The position numbers and the translations under genes are program-made. Below the pieces are notes generated by a model. The model was not told the origin of the DNA and searched no databases. It saw only the letters and a program-made list of their open reading frames with translations. This document shows, piece by piece, positions 28,420 to 37,496 of a stretch of DNA of 64,000 nucleotides; position 1 is the first letter of the stretch; the number at the start of each line of letters is the position of its first letter. Origin of the DNA: Dehalococcoidia bacterium (lineage in GTDB: Bacteria > Chloroflexota > Dehalococcoidia > Lucifugimonadales > UBA2985). The stretch spans positions 1,025,454-1,089,453 of the forward strand of contig OZ253588.1 in assembly GCA_965263185.1 (NCBI GenBank), given 5' to 3'.

Positions 28420-29505
28420 TTAGTCGAACATCAGGACGGTCCGCGTTACCTCCCCGGCTTTCATGGCGCGGAAGGCCTCGTTGACGTCCTCCAGCCGGCC
28501 CCGGCGGGTGATCATCTCGTCCAGCCTCAAGCGGCCCTGTCTATAGAAGTCGATGAGCCTCGGCATATCCACGCGGAAGCGGTTGGAGCCCATCCCGCTG
28601 CCCTGAATCTTCCGCTCGCCCAGGAACATGCGCCCCTCTATCTCTATCTTCTGGCCTGCGGGTATCATGCCGACGATGGTTGCGGTTCCGCCCGGAATCA
28701 GGCAGTTGAAGGCCTGTTCGGCCGCCGTCTTGAGGCCAATGGCCTCAAAGGAATAGTCCACTCCGCCGCCGGTGAGGCCCATTATAGCGTCCACGGGGTC
28801 GTGAGATGAGGCGTCCACAACGTGGGTGGCGCCCAGGTCCAGGGCGTGGGTGAGCTTGGGTTCCACAACGTCCACGGCGATTATCTGCCTGGCCCCGGCG
28901 ATGCGCGCTCCCTGGACGGCGGCAAGGCCAACGCCCCCCAGGCCAAAGACGGCGACGGTAGACCCCGGCTCGATGCGGGCGGTGTTGATGACCGCGCCCA
29001 CGCCGGTTATTACGCCGCAGCCGATGAGGGCCGCCCGGTCCAGGGGCATATCGTCATCTATTTTGACCAGGGCGTTCTCGTGCACCAGCATCCGCTCCGC
29101 ATAGCTGGAGAGGTTGAACCCTTGTGTGATGGCGGCGCCGCTTCCGGCAAGGCTGAGGCGCGGCGGCTCCCCCTCCAGTCGGCGAGGCCGTTGGGAGCAC
29201 CGGCTGGGATGCCCGGAAAGGCACTGCCGGCAGACGCCACAGAAGACGGACAGGCACGATATGACGTGGTCGCCGGGCCGGATGTAGTCGACCTGCTCTC
29301 CAACCTCCTCCACGATGCCGGCGGCCTCGTGGCCCAGGATGGACGGGGTGACGGTGGGGTACAGCCCTTCCACGTAGTGAAGGTCGCTATGGCAGACGCC
29401 GCTGGCGGCGGTGCGGACTACCACCTCCCGCGCCATTGGCCTGTCCATGTCCACCTCTTCGATGGTCAAGGGAGTGTTGACGGCATGGAATACAGCGGCT
29501 TTCAT
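28420..29505 (-). CDS. zinc-dependent alcohol dehydrogenase (class III-like MDR)
   Basis: GVCHSDLH, GHEAAGIVEEVG, structural-Zn Cys cluster CGVCRQC, GLGGVGLAAVQGA Rossmann motif. Confidence 0.9.
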   Translation of the reverse strand: MKAAVFHAVNTPLTIEEVDMDRPMAREVVVRTAASGVCHSDLHYVEGLYPTVTPSILGHEAAGIVEEVGEQVDYIRPGDHVISCLSVFCGVCRQCLSGHPSRCSQRPRRLEGEPPRLSLAGSGAAITQGFNLSSYAERMLVHENALVKIDDDMPLDRAALIGCGVITGVGAVINTARIEPGSTVAVFGLGGVGLAAVQGARIAGARQIIAVDVVEPKLTHALDLGATHVVDASSHDPVDAIMGLTGGGVDYSFEAIGLKTAAEQAFNCLIPGGTATIVGMIPAGQKIEIEGRMFLGERKIQGSGMGSNRFRVDMPRLIDFYRQGRLRLDEMITRRGRLEDVNEAFRAMKAGEVTRTVLMFD

Positions 29506-29512
29506 GGCACAA

Positions 29513-29585
29513 CCTCACGCTGAGCGAGTTTTGCAGCCCATTATAGCACGACCGGACGGGCGTTTGCGCTAGTCGGCAACTTGGG
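29513..29585. repeat. 73-bp direct repeat, copy 1 (contains the ADH promoter/RBS)
   Basis: cctcacgctgagcgagttttgcAgcccattataGcacgaccggaCgggcgtttgcgctagtcggcaactt. Read on the minus strand it gives TGCTATAAT (29540-29548), then GTGAGG and the ADH ATG. It is repeated at 31857-31930 with 3 substitutions. Confidence 0.85.
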
Positions 29586-29606
29586 GCCTAGTGGGCTGGG
29601 ATTTCC

Positions 29607-30104
29607 TTACCGCCGCGCTCTCATTAGCTCCGGGCAAAGGAAATCTACCTCAATGCCGTGTTGTCGCAACTGAGCGTGGTAAGTCCACCAGTCGGTATCT
29701 GAGGCGTTCAACACCTTTGGCTGAGTCCCGCTTGACAGTGCCACGGCTACAAACTTGCGGTCGCTTCGGTCGAATGAACTGAGGGCAGGGTCGTCCGGGA
29801 ACTCCTCGAAGTCACGGTCTGCGTGATGATTCAAAGGGATTTTTCGGCAGTGCGACGGGTTTGCCTGGTTATCGTGGAGCCACTTGAAGAAAGAGTCACC
29901 AAGCCCAGGCTGTCCAGAGAAGCTGAGCCTTCCTCGGTATTCCTCAAGGATCAGGTTTCCGTCGTCCAAAAGGATCCGACATTCGTCACGGATGTGGCGC
30001 AAACGGCCTATGCACTTGAGTTTGCAATCTGGGCCAGCCTGTTCGGCCCTGCCATTTGCAACGACGGCAACATTGGTGTCCATGACTACCTCCGCCTTCC
30101 CCAT
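29607..30104 (-). CDS. PIN-like domain protein
   Basis: ATG at 30104 lies 2 nt after the ATPase stop (30107-30109). VVMDTNVAVVANG (first acidic residue), ILEEY, FDRSDRKFVAVA and NASDTDWW supply the four acidic positions expected of a PIN-type Mg-nuclease fold. Confidence 0.6.
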   Translation of the reverse strand: MGKAEVVMDTNVAVVANGRAEQAGPDCKLKCIGRLRHIRDECRILLDDGNLILEEYRGRLSFSGQPGLGDSFFKWLHDNQANPSHCRKIPLNHHADRDFEEFPDDPALSSFDRSDRKFVAVALSSGTQPKVLNASDTDWWTYHAQLRQHGIEVDFLCPELMRARR

Positions 30105-30106
30105 GC

Positions 30107-31507
30107 TCACGTAGAATCTCCCTGCCTTTTCAGCGCAGCTTCGCTCATGGCGGCAATCTCGCCGAACTGGTCGCCAAAGAAGTCTTTGGGCCAATTGGAG
30201 ATGTTCCCGTATTGGTCGACCTCAAGCTGGCTGACGCTTGAGCCTCCACTGTCATCTGCCGAGCAGAAATACAGGCCGACATCGTCCTTCTGTATCTCCT
30301 CTTCAGCGATACGACGCTGGAGCCTGCGAAGCAGATGCTCGCTGTGGCTCTCGAACAATACCTGTACATTATGATTCTTCCAGGTATCGATGAAGACATC
30401 GGCCAGGCCGGCCTGAGCAGAGGGATGCAGGTGAATATCGGGCTGCTCCAGAATCACAGTGGAGTGTTGCGGCACGTAGAAGCACAGTGCTAGCACGGGA
30501 ACAATCTGGGATACCCCAAAGCCGACGTCTGTGAGGAGGACTTCGGCTGAATGGGGAGACTTGCGCACCTTGACCTCGAACACCCGCTTGCCTTCAGCAA
30601 GCGCCTCGACTCGAAAGTCGTGAACCAGTCCAAGACGCTTGAGCCAAGCGGCTGCGTATTCGTCTATGGCAAGTTTGCGGGGGTTAGCGGCCCACTGCTT
30701 TAACTGACCTCTTTCTCGTGATGAAAGCAACGCGTCCACCAAAAAACCACCGTCCGTTCCCACATCGCTGGGTTGTACACGCGACCGGGTATAAGTGCGA
30801 AGTGGGGAGATACGGAGGGGGCCGAGGTAGTACAAATCTCGCAAGAGCGATTGCATTTCATGCTCGAGATTACGAAAGAAGAAGTTGTGACTCGAGTACC
30901 CCGAATTCGCCAAGTTTGGAAAGCTGTAAAACTTGGTCGAAGGCGGGAAATTGGTCGAAGGCGGGAAATTGGAGGTCCTAAAAATGTCCCAGTCATTACG
31001 AAATCTCAACTCGTTTGGGAGCGGCGGGGTCAAATGGTAGTCGGATTGGCCAAGATTGCGCCGCATCCCAATCTGCTGATCAGCTATGAGATAGGCCATT
31101 CTTTCCAGTATCAACGATTTCCCAGATCCTATGTTTCCTTCCCGTGACTCAACCTCGAATCCAATGTCGCTGCCTTCGAATATTATTTCCCTTTTAGAGT
31201 AGTCATCTGGTATTGTGAAAAAGGTCTTGGATTTCCAGGCGAGCGAAATCTTTAGATTTCGCGTAGTGTCGTGACCGTACACAACGCTCCCGAAGTCACC
31301 CAGGTCGACGGGTGTTTTTTCATCGCCGAAGTGGAAGACGCTCCCAAGGTCCGGCGAGTCGTCCGTCTGCTTCATCATCAGCAATCCTTGGTAAAGGCTA
31401 GTCTTGCCGGAGCTATTGGGACCAAAGAAGCCGGTGATGGGCTTTAGCGCAATGTCACCGGTGTCCATCCAGGATTTGAAGTTTTCGAGCCGCAACCGTG
31501 TCAACAT
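30107..31507 (-). CDS. ABC/SMC-type AAA ATPase (AAA_21-like, DUF3696-like C-terminus)
   Basis: LRLENFKSW...FFGPNSSGKTS (Walker A), signature-like DVGFGVSQ, Walker B VILEQPDIHLHP, H-loop FESHSEHLLRRLQRRI. The C-terminal block LEVDQYGNISNWPKDFF is, as I recall it, the DUF3696 region. SD GAGGAGG and a TATAAT (31532-31537) lie upstream. Confidence 0.75.
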   Translation of the reverse strand: MLTRLRLENFKSWMDTGDIALKPITGFFGPNSSGKTSLYQGLLMMKQTDDSPDLGSVFHFGDEKTPVDLGDFGSVVYGHDTTRNLKISLAWKSKTFFTIPDDYSKREIIFEGSDIGFEVESREGNIGSGKSLILERMAYLIADQQIGMRRNLGQSDYHLTPPLPNELRFRNDWDIFRTSNFPPSTNFPPSTKFYSFPNLANSGYSSHNFFFRNLEHEMQSLLRDLYYLGPLRISPLRTYTRSRVQPSDVGTDGGFLVDALLSSRERGQLKQWAANPRKLAIDEYAAAWLKRLGLVHDFRVEALAEGKRVFEVKVRKSPHSAEVLLTDVGFGVSQIVPVLALCFYVPQHSTVILEQPDIHLHPSAQAGLADVFIDTWKNHNVQVLFESHSEHLLRRLQRRIAEEEIQKDDVGLYFCSADDSGGSSVSQLEVDQYGNISNWPKDFFGDQFGEIAAMSEAALKRQGDST

Positions 31508-31656
31508 CTCAGAGCCTCCTCATCTAAGGAGATTATATCCATAGATGTGTGCGCATCCTGTCAAGCGCTACGCACCTTGGCCGTTCCGGGTTGGAGCCTT
31601 CCATAGTGGGGCCCGCTGACGATGGCAACACAGCGCTTGCTCTGCCTATTTTATCA

Positions 31657-31847
31657 CCTGCTCCTGTGCGTTGCCGTACGGGGGCAGGTACACCACTCAC
31701 ATCCACTGAGCTTAAGCGCTCCAGTCCACACATCAACGTATGTTCGACTACGGACTCATCGGAGACATGTCCTCAACGGCGCTTGTCGGGACAGACAGCT
31801 CCATCGATTGGCGTTGCTCCCTGCGCCTCGACTCTCCCAGCGGCTTT
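31657..31847 (+). pseudogene. duplicated 5' leader plus first 36 codons of the GH15 gene (fragment)
   Basis: 31657-31847 aligns with 32984-33174 at roughly 85% identity by eye. From the ATG at 31740 it encodes MFDYGLIGDMSSTALVGTDSSIDW, versus MFHYGLIGDMSSAALVGTDGSIDW in the intact gene. Homology ends 9 nt before repeat copy 2. Confidence 0.8.
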
Positions 31848-31856
31848 GATGGCGCG

Positions 31857-31930
31857 CCTCACGCTGAGCGAGTTTTGCGGCCCATTATATCACGACCGGA
31901 TGGGCGTTTGCGCTAGTCGGCAACTTGAGG
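31857..31930. repeat. 73-bp direct repeat, copy 2
   Basis: Same sequence as 29513-29585 with 3 substitutions. It retains an extended -10 (TGATATAAT on the minus strand, 31884-31892) pointing toward the ATPase/PIN pair. Confidence 0.85.
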
Positions 31931-32000
31931 CCGGGGGGCTGTGATTAGCGCCTGGCAGCCTTCATCCCCTTGTCCTCTCAGCGCCCTTGAATCAGGTTCG

Positions 32001-32753
32001 CTATTCGAAGGTGGACGCGTCTTCGCCTACCCACCTGAGGATGATAGCGTTCAGGGCGCCGTCAGCCTTCATCGATGCCAGGGCCTCGTCGAGCTTGCCC
32101 TTCAGGTCGCTGCCCTTGCGGACGCCAATACCGAGACCCCGGTCCAGCAGTATGGATGGGCCCACAATTGCCAACTGGCCCTCGTACTCCGCAACTTTCT
32201 CTACGCCATAGCCGTGGTCCACCAGGACGGCATCCACCTCGCCGTTGAGTACTGTTTCGGCCAAGTCTATCGAGCCGTCGAGCGATACGAAAGGCCTGCC
32301 GAGCTCGGTGAAGTAGTCGGAGTAGATGGTGTTTACGGTTGCCCCAATCGTGCCTTGGACGGCTTCATCGCCCTCGCCGGCCCTCGCCACGTACACAGAA
32401 GGGGTTGGCGGGTAGTACGCTTCTGTGAAGTTGATCAGCTCCTCCCGTTCGGCGGTGATGCTCATGCCGGCGAGGATCGCATCGAACTCTTCCGCCACGA
32501 GGTCGGGAATCATCGTTTCCCACTCGCTCAGGATCCACTCACACTTCAGATCGGCGCGCCGGCACAACTCGTCCCCCAGTTCACGCTCAAGGCCATCTAT
32601 TTCACCATCATCGTTAACGAAGTTGAAGGGATCGTAGTTGCCGTCAGTGGCTATCACCACCGTGTCCGCTCCCCCACATGCGGCCAGCAACGGCATGAGC
32701 ATCACCGCCAGGAGAAGCGCTCTAAGCGTGTGCGTGAACCGGCCTTTCAACAT
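32001..32753 (-). CDS. polar amino-acid ABC transporter substrate-binding lipoprotein (orphan)
   Basis: Signal/lipobox LLAACGG from the ATG at 32753. Family-3 SBP blocks: YDPFNF, FDAILAGMSIT.ER, VDAVLVD. No cognate permease or ATPase is adjacent. Confidence 0.8.
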   Translation of the reverse strand: MLKGRFTHTLRALLLAVMLMPLLAACGGADTVVIATDGNYDPFNFVNDDGEIDGLERELGDELCRRADLKCEWILSEWETMIPDLVAEEFDAILAGMSITAEREELINFTEAYYPPTPSVYVARAGEGDEAVQGTIGATVNTIYSDYFTELGRPFVSLDGSIDLAETVLNGEVDAVLVDHGYGVEKVAEYEGQLAIVGPSILLDRGLGIGVRKGSDLKGKLDEALASMKADGALNAIILRWVGEDASTFE

Positions 32754-33066
32754 CAACCCCCATCTCACTTGAGCGAGTACGCCGGATGCGCAGTTTAGGT
32801 CATTGTCGGGACAATTTGGCGGTCTTACGCATGTGCGTCCCCTCTTGCGAAGGATGATACACGACCGTAAGCAAGACATTCAAGAGCCGCTCCAGAAAGC
32901 CTGCATCGGATGTTGCAGACGGGGCGGAGTCCACATCCGCCCGCTCCCCGCTCGCGAAACGGCGTTGGTGGTTGAGAAATCCCCCTGCTCATTGCGCGTT
33001 GCCGTGCGGGGGTGATACACTCACTCCCATCCACTGAGCTTTAGCGCTCCGGTCCACACACCAACT

Positions 33067-34908
33067 ATGTTCCACTATGGACTCATAGGAGACATGTCCT
33101 CAGCGGCGCTTGTCGGGACAGACGGCTCCATCGACTGGTGCTGCTTCCCGCGTTTCGACTCTCCCAGCGTCTTTGCCGCCATCCTTGACCAGGAGATAGG
33201 CGGACGCTTCCGCATCAGCCCTGTCGGCTTCTGCCTTGACACCCGGCAGAGGTATCTTCACGACACCAACATACTGGAGACCACTTTCACCACAAGCGAC
33301 GGCATAGTCTCCGTCACAGACTTCATGCCCATTATAGAGGATGACGACGACAACCCGGAGACGCCGCCCAATGCCGACGACGAAATCCATCGCATCGTCA
33401 CCTGCCTGTCCGGGGAGGTTGACATGCGCTGCGATTTCCAGCCCAGGCACGACTACGCCCGCTCTCTCCCCGTCTTTCGTCCCATGCGCGGCCGCTCCGG
33501 CAACTCCGCCGTCCAGGCGCGTGGCGGCGGGCAGACCATGACGCTTGCCGCCAGCATCCCTCTCCCCTTTGACGACCGCGGCGTCACCTGCGACTTCACC
33601 CTTGCCAAGGGACAGACCGCCACGTTTGTCCTTGCGTACGGCAGCAGCCGTCCGGCCAGCCTGGAGCGGTATCGCACCGCCGAGAAGCTGGACCAGACCA
33701 GGCGCTACTGGCAGGAGTTGGTGGACAGAATGAACTACGACGGCCTCTGGCGGGACTCCGTAGTGCGCTCCTTCCTGGCGCTTCACCTTATGATGTACCG
33801 TTACACAGGGGCCATAGTCGCCGCGCCCACCACCAGCCTGCCGGAGACCATCGGAGGCTCGCGCAACTGGGACTACCGCTTCTCGTGGCTGCGCGACTCC
33901 AGCTTCACCGTCGATATTCTCTACCGGCTGGGGGACGACTACGGGGCCGACCGCTACATCAACTGGCTGCTGGAGCAGTGTCAGCTGAGCCGCCGTAAAA
34001 CCCGCATCGTCTACGGCATAACAGCCAGGTCATCGCTCAGGGAGTACACGCTCGACCACCTGCGCGGGTACGAGGACTCCCGTCCCGTCCGCATCGGCAA
34101 CGCCGCTGAACGGCATCTTCAGATGGACGTTTTCGGAGAGGTCATCATCTCCATACACTCCCTGCTTCTGCTCTACGGAGAGATATCGGCGGAAGCCTGG
34201 GAGATGGTCCACTCCCTGGCCGAAACCGTTATGGGCAACTGGCGTCGGAAGGACCGCGGCGTCTGGGAGGTCCGGGGCGAGCAACAGCACTTCGTGTATT
34301 CCAAGGTAATGTGCTGGGCCGGTCTCCAACGCGCCTCCCACATCGCAGACATCTTGGGTCACAAGCAACTGGCCGGCCGATGGTCCCGGACCGCAGAGCG
34401 CATCAAGGCAGAGGTACTGGATTCAGGATGGACATCCACCAAACAGGCCTTCCGGCAGCGATATGAAGACGACGCTCTGGATGCCTCAAACCTGGTCATC
34501 CCCTTCCTGGGCCTGTTGCCGCGCGACGACCCCCGCATCCTGCAAAACCTGGATGCCATCGAACGGGAGTTGGCCGACGGCCCAATGGTCTGGCGATACC
34601 TCCCGGAGGAGACGGACGACGGCCTGAGAGGCCAGCCCGAGGGCGCCTTCACCCTGCTCAGCTTCTGGCTAATCGGAAACCTCATATACACCGGCCAGAC
34701 CGACCGCGCCTTGGACTATTTCCACGAGATGATCACCAAGCGTGCCAACCACCTGGGCCTCTTCGCCGAAATGTTCGATCCGGCTACAGACCGGCAGCTG
34801 GGCAACTTCCCCCAGGGATACTCGCACATCGGCCTGATCCATTCCGCCCTGAACCTCTCCGGCTTCATCGCCAATACCGCCACCAGGCGCAGGCACCGCC
34901 CCCATTAG
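33067..34908 (+). CDS. glycoside hydrolase family 15 (glucoamylase/trehalase-like)
   Basis: N-terminal YGLIGDMSSAALVGTDGSIDWCCFPRFDSPSVFAAILD and catalytic-domain blocks AAPTTSLPE..GG.RNWDYRFSWLRDS and FSEM-type FAEMFD are characteristic of bacterial GH15 enzymes. Confidence 0.85.
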   Translation: MFHYGLIGDMSSAALVGTDGSIDWCCFPRFDSPSVFAAILDQEIGGRFRISPVGFCLDTRQRYLHDTNILETTFTTSDGIVSVTDFMPIIEDDDDNPETPPNADDEIHRIVTCLSGEVDMRCDFQPRHDYARSLPVFRPMRGRSGNSAVQARGGGQTMTLAASIPLPFDDRGVTCDFTLAKGQTATFVLAYGSSRPASLERYRTAEKLDQTRRYWQELVDRMNYDGLWRDSVVRSFLALHLMMYRYTGAIVAAPTTSLPETIGGSRNWDYRFSWLRDSSFTVDILYRLGDDYGADRYINWLLEQCQLSRRKTRIVYGITARSSLREYTLDHLRGYEDSRPVRIGNAAERHLQMDVFGEVIISIHSLLLLYGEISAEAWEMVHSLAETVMGNWRRKDRGVWEVRGEQQHFVYSKVMCWAGLQRASHIADILGHKQLAGRWSRTAERIKAEVLDSGWTSTKQAFRQRYEDDALDASNLVIPFLGLLPRDDPRILQNLDAIERELADGPMVWRYLPEETDDGLRGQPEGAFTLLSFWLIGNLIYTGQTDRALDYFHEMITKRANHLGLFAEMFDPATDRQLGNFPQGYSHIGLIHSALNLSGFIANTATRRRHRPH

Positions 34909-34964
34909 CCGAGCCACCCTTGCGGATGCCAACGACCGCCTACCGTTGTACCTAGATTCCCGCT

Positions 34965-35190
34965 TTCGCAGACCTTTGCGTAACTCTGGGCGCAACGCTG
35001 TGAAGAGACGCTCCAACTGTCATTCCGAACGGAGCGGAGAGGAGTGAGGAATCTAAAGGCTTTCATCCCCCACGAGGGTCCTGTGGCCGGAATCTTCCCA
35101 TGACTACGGCGCAATGTTTTAGATTCCTCGCTGCGCTCGGAATGACATCAAATGGAGGGTTTGGGCAGGTTACGCAAGGGTCTCCCTCCG
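34965..35190. repeat. inverted pair of REP/MITE-like units forming a long imperfect palindrome
   Basis: gtcattccgaacggagcggagaggagtgaggaatctaaa (35019-35057) faces tttagattcctcgctgcgctcggaatgac (35117-35146). The outer arms gacctttgcgtaac (about 34971) and gttacgcaagggtc (about 35169) are also complementary. Confidence 0.7.
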
Positions 35191-35270
35191 AGAGTGTCTC
35201 CAGAAGGGGGAGAGGGGCCTCCATGTGGAAACAGGGAGCAGGGGGCTATCCCCCAGAGGCGGTCGCCCCT

Positions 35271-36176
35271 CTAACGCAGGTCCAGGCTTATGTCCATCGC
35301 CATCACCGAGTGGGTAAGAGCGCCCACGGATATCAGGTCCACCCCTGTCTCGGCGACGGCTCTGACGGTCTCCAGGTTGATGCCCCCGGACGCCTCCAGA
35401 AGGCGCCTGCCCTCCGTCAGTGTCACCACCTGCCTCATCTCTTCCGGAGACATATTGTCCAGCAGAATCACGTCGGCGCCGGCTTCCAGCGCCTCCCTGG
35501 CTTCGTCTATGGACTCCACCTCTATCTCCACCCTCAGGGTGTGCGGCGAGTTCTCCCTGGCAAGGCTCACTATCTCCACCAGCCCAAGCCCCCGCGCGCG
35601 CAGGGCGGCGATGTGGTTGTCCTTGATGAGGATGCCGTCGGCCAGGTTGTAGCGATGGTTGTGGCCCCCTCCCATTCGCACGGCGTACTTCTCCAACTGC
35701 CGTATCCCAGGCACGGTCTTGCGGGTATCGACGATACGGGCCTTTGTGCCCTGCGCCGCCTTCACGTACATGGACGTTGCAGTCGCAATGCCGCTGAGGC
35801 GCTGGAGGAAGTTGAGGGCCACCCGCTCACCCTTGAGGATGCCTGCGATGCTTCCCTCCACCTCCGCCACCACCACGCCGGGCGATACCTCGGAGCCATC
35901 GGCTATCAGCGTGCGGGTCTCCACGTCGGGGTTGGCGTGGCGAAAGACCTCCAGCGCGACCTCAACGCCGGCGATGACGCCCGCGGCCTTGACGACTATC
36001 GACCCCAGCCCGCGGATGTCCGGCGGTATGAGGGCGTCGGTGGTGACGTCGCCTGGCCCCAGGTCCTCCTCCAGAGCCCCGGCGACGATGGCCATTACCG
36101 AAGACGTGATTTCAAGCATCTCAGTAGCCTGCCTTTTGGAGAGTCCCTGTTTCTCCCCAGCCAGATATTCCTCCAA
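35271..36176 (-). CDS. nadC: nicotinate-nucleotide pyrophosphorylase (carboxylating)
   Basis: GDVTT, KDNHI, VEVEVES..EA.EA...GADVILLDNM, ASGGI, ISVGALTHS. The start may be an internal Met. Confidence 0.9.
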   Translation of the reverse strand: MEEYLAGEKQGLSKRQATEMLEITSSVMAIVAGALEEDLGPGDVTTDALIPPDIRGLGSIVVKAAGVIAGVEVALEVFRHANPDVETRTLIADGSEVSPGVVVAEVEGSIAGILKGERVALNFLQRLSGIATATSMYVKAAQGTKARIVDTRKTVPGIRQLEKYAVRMGGGHNHRYNLADGILIKDNHIAALRARGLGLVEIVSLARENSPHTLRVEIEVESIDEAREALEAGADVILLDNMSPEEMRQVVTLTEGRRLLEASGGINLETVRAVAETGVDLISVGALTHSVMAMDISLDLR

Positions 36177-36252
36177 GGAGAAAGAGACCGCAAGGCCATC
36201 AGAAAAACTTCAGGCCTGTTCGCTTGGCCGACCTGTAGTCACTTTAGCGCCC

Positions 36253-37458
36253 CTACACCTCTTGCAGCATTCGCTCCAGGGCTATGCGGGCATAGTTGGC
36301 CGTCTCGTCGTCCACGGTGATGCGGTTCATCACCTCGCCGTCCAGCAGACGCTCCAGCGACCATAGCAGGTAGGCCGGGTGGGTGCGGTACATGGTGGAG
36401 CAGGGGCAGACCACGGAGTCTAGGCAGAAGATCAGCTTGTCAGGGTTCTCCCATGCGAGCCGGTTGACCAGGCTTATCTCTGTTCCCACGGCCCACTTGC
36501 TCCCGGAAGGCGCTTCATTGATGGTCTTGATGATGAACTCCGTTGAGCCGTCGCAGTCGGCGGCCTGCACCACGTCCATCACACACTCCGGATGCACCAC
36601 CACGTTTATGTCCGGGTAGGCGGCCCGCGCCTTCTGTATCTGGGCGACGCTGAACCTGGTATGCACCGAGCAGTGGCCCTGCCACAGGATTACCCTGGAC
36701 TTCCGCAGCGCCTCCGGCGTACTGCCTCCCAGGGGCTTGAAGGGGTTCCACAAGACCATCTCATCCAGGGGCACGCCCATCTTGATGCCGGTGTTGCGGC
36801 CCAGGTGCTGGTCCGGGAAGAACACTATCCGCTCCCCTCGCTCAAAGGCCCACTTGTACACGGCGGGGGCGTTGCTGGACGTGCAGACAATGCCGTTGTT
36901 GCGCCCGCAGAGGGACTTGATGGCGGCGGTGGAGTTCATGTAGGTGATCGGGATTACCCCGCCCTCGCCAAGGACCTCCATCAGGTCGTCCCAGCAGTCC
37001 AGCACGTCGTCGGTGCGGGCCATGTCGGACATGGAGCAGCCGGCGGTTATGTTGGGCAGGATCACCTTCTGGTGTGGCGCGCTCAGGATGTCCGCCGTCT
37101 CAGCCATGAAGTGGACGCCGCAGAAGACGATGAACTCGGCCAGTGGCTGCGCGGCCGCCTGCTGCGACAGCTTCAGGGAGTCGCCCCGGAAGTCGGCGAA
37201 CTGGACTATCTCGTCACGCTGGTAGTGATGGCCCAGGATGACCAAGCGGCTGCCCAGGGTATCCCTGGCCTGCCGGATGCGACGCTCCAACTCAGCGCCG
37301 CCCATGTAGTGGTACTCCGCCGGGATACTCTGCCAGCTGACCACGGCGGCGAACTCCTCCGCCAGCGGTTTCACGTCCAGCGGCTCACCGATGCGACAGA
37401 ACGCGGATTGCTCCGTTTCCGTCAGTGGTATATACGGAAGTTTCTCTGTTATAGGCAT
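36253..37458 (-). CDS. nadA: quinolinate synthase
   Basis: LGHHYQRDE, GVHFMAETA, GCSMSDMA, PDQHLGRN, HCSVH, VVHPEC, CPCSTMYR. Confidence 0.9.
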   Translation of the reverse strand: MPITEKLPYIPLTETEQSAFCRIGEPLDVKPLAEEFAAVVSWQSIPAEYHYMGGAELERRIRQARDTLGSRLVILGHHYQRDEIVQFADFRGDSLKLSQQAAAQPLAEFIVFCGVHFMAETADILSAPHQKVILPNITAGCSMSDMARTDDVLDCWDDLMEVLGEGGVIPITYMNSTAAIKSLCGRNNGIVCTSSNAPAVYKWAFERGERIVFFPDQHLGRNTGIKMGVPLDEMVLWNPFKPLGGSTPEALRKSRVILWQGHCSVHTRFSVAQIQKARAAYPDINVVVHPECVMDVVQAADCDGSTEFIIKTINEAPSGSKWAVGTEISLVNRLAWENPDKLIFCLDSVVCPCSTMYRTHPAYLLWSLERLLDGEVMNRITVDDETANYARIALERMLQEV

Positions 37459-37496
37459 GTTAATATCCCCCCAACTACATTATACGCCATTAAGGG

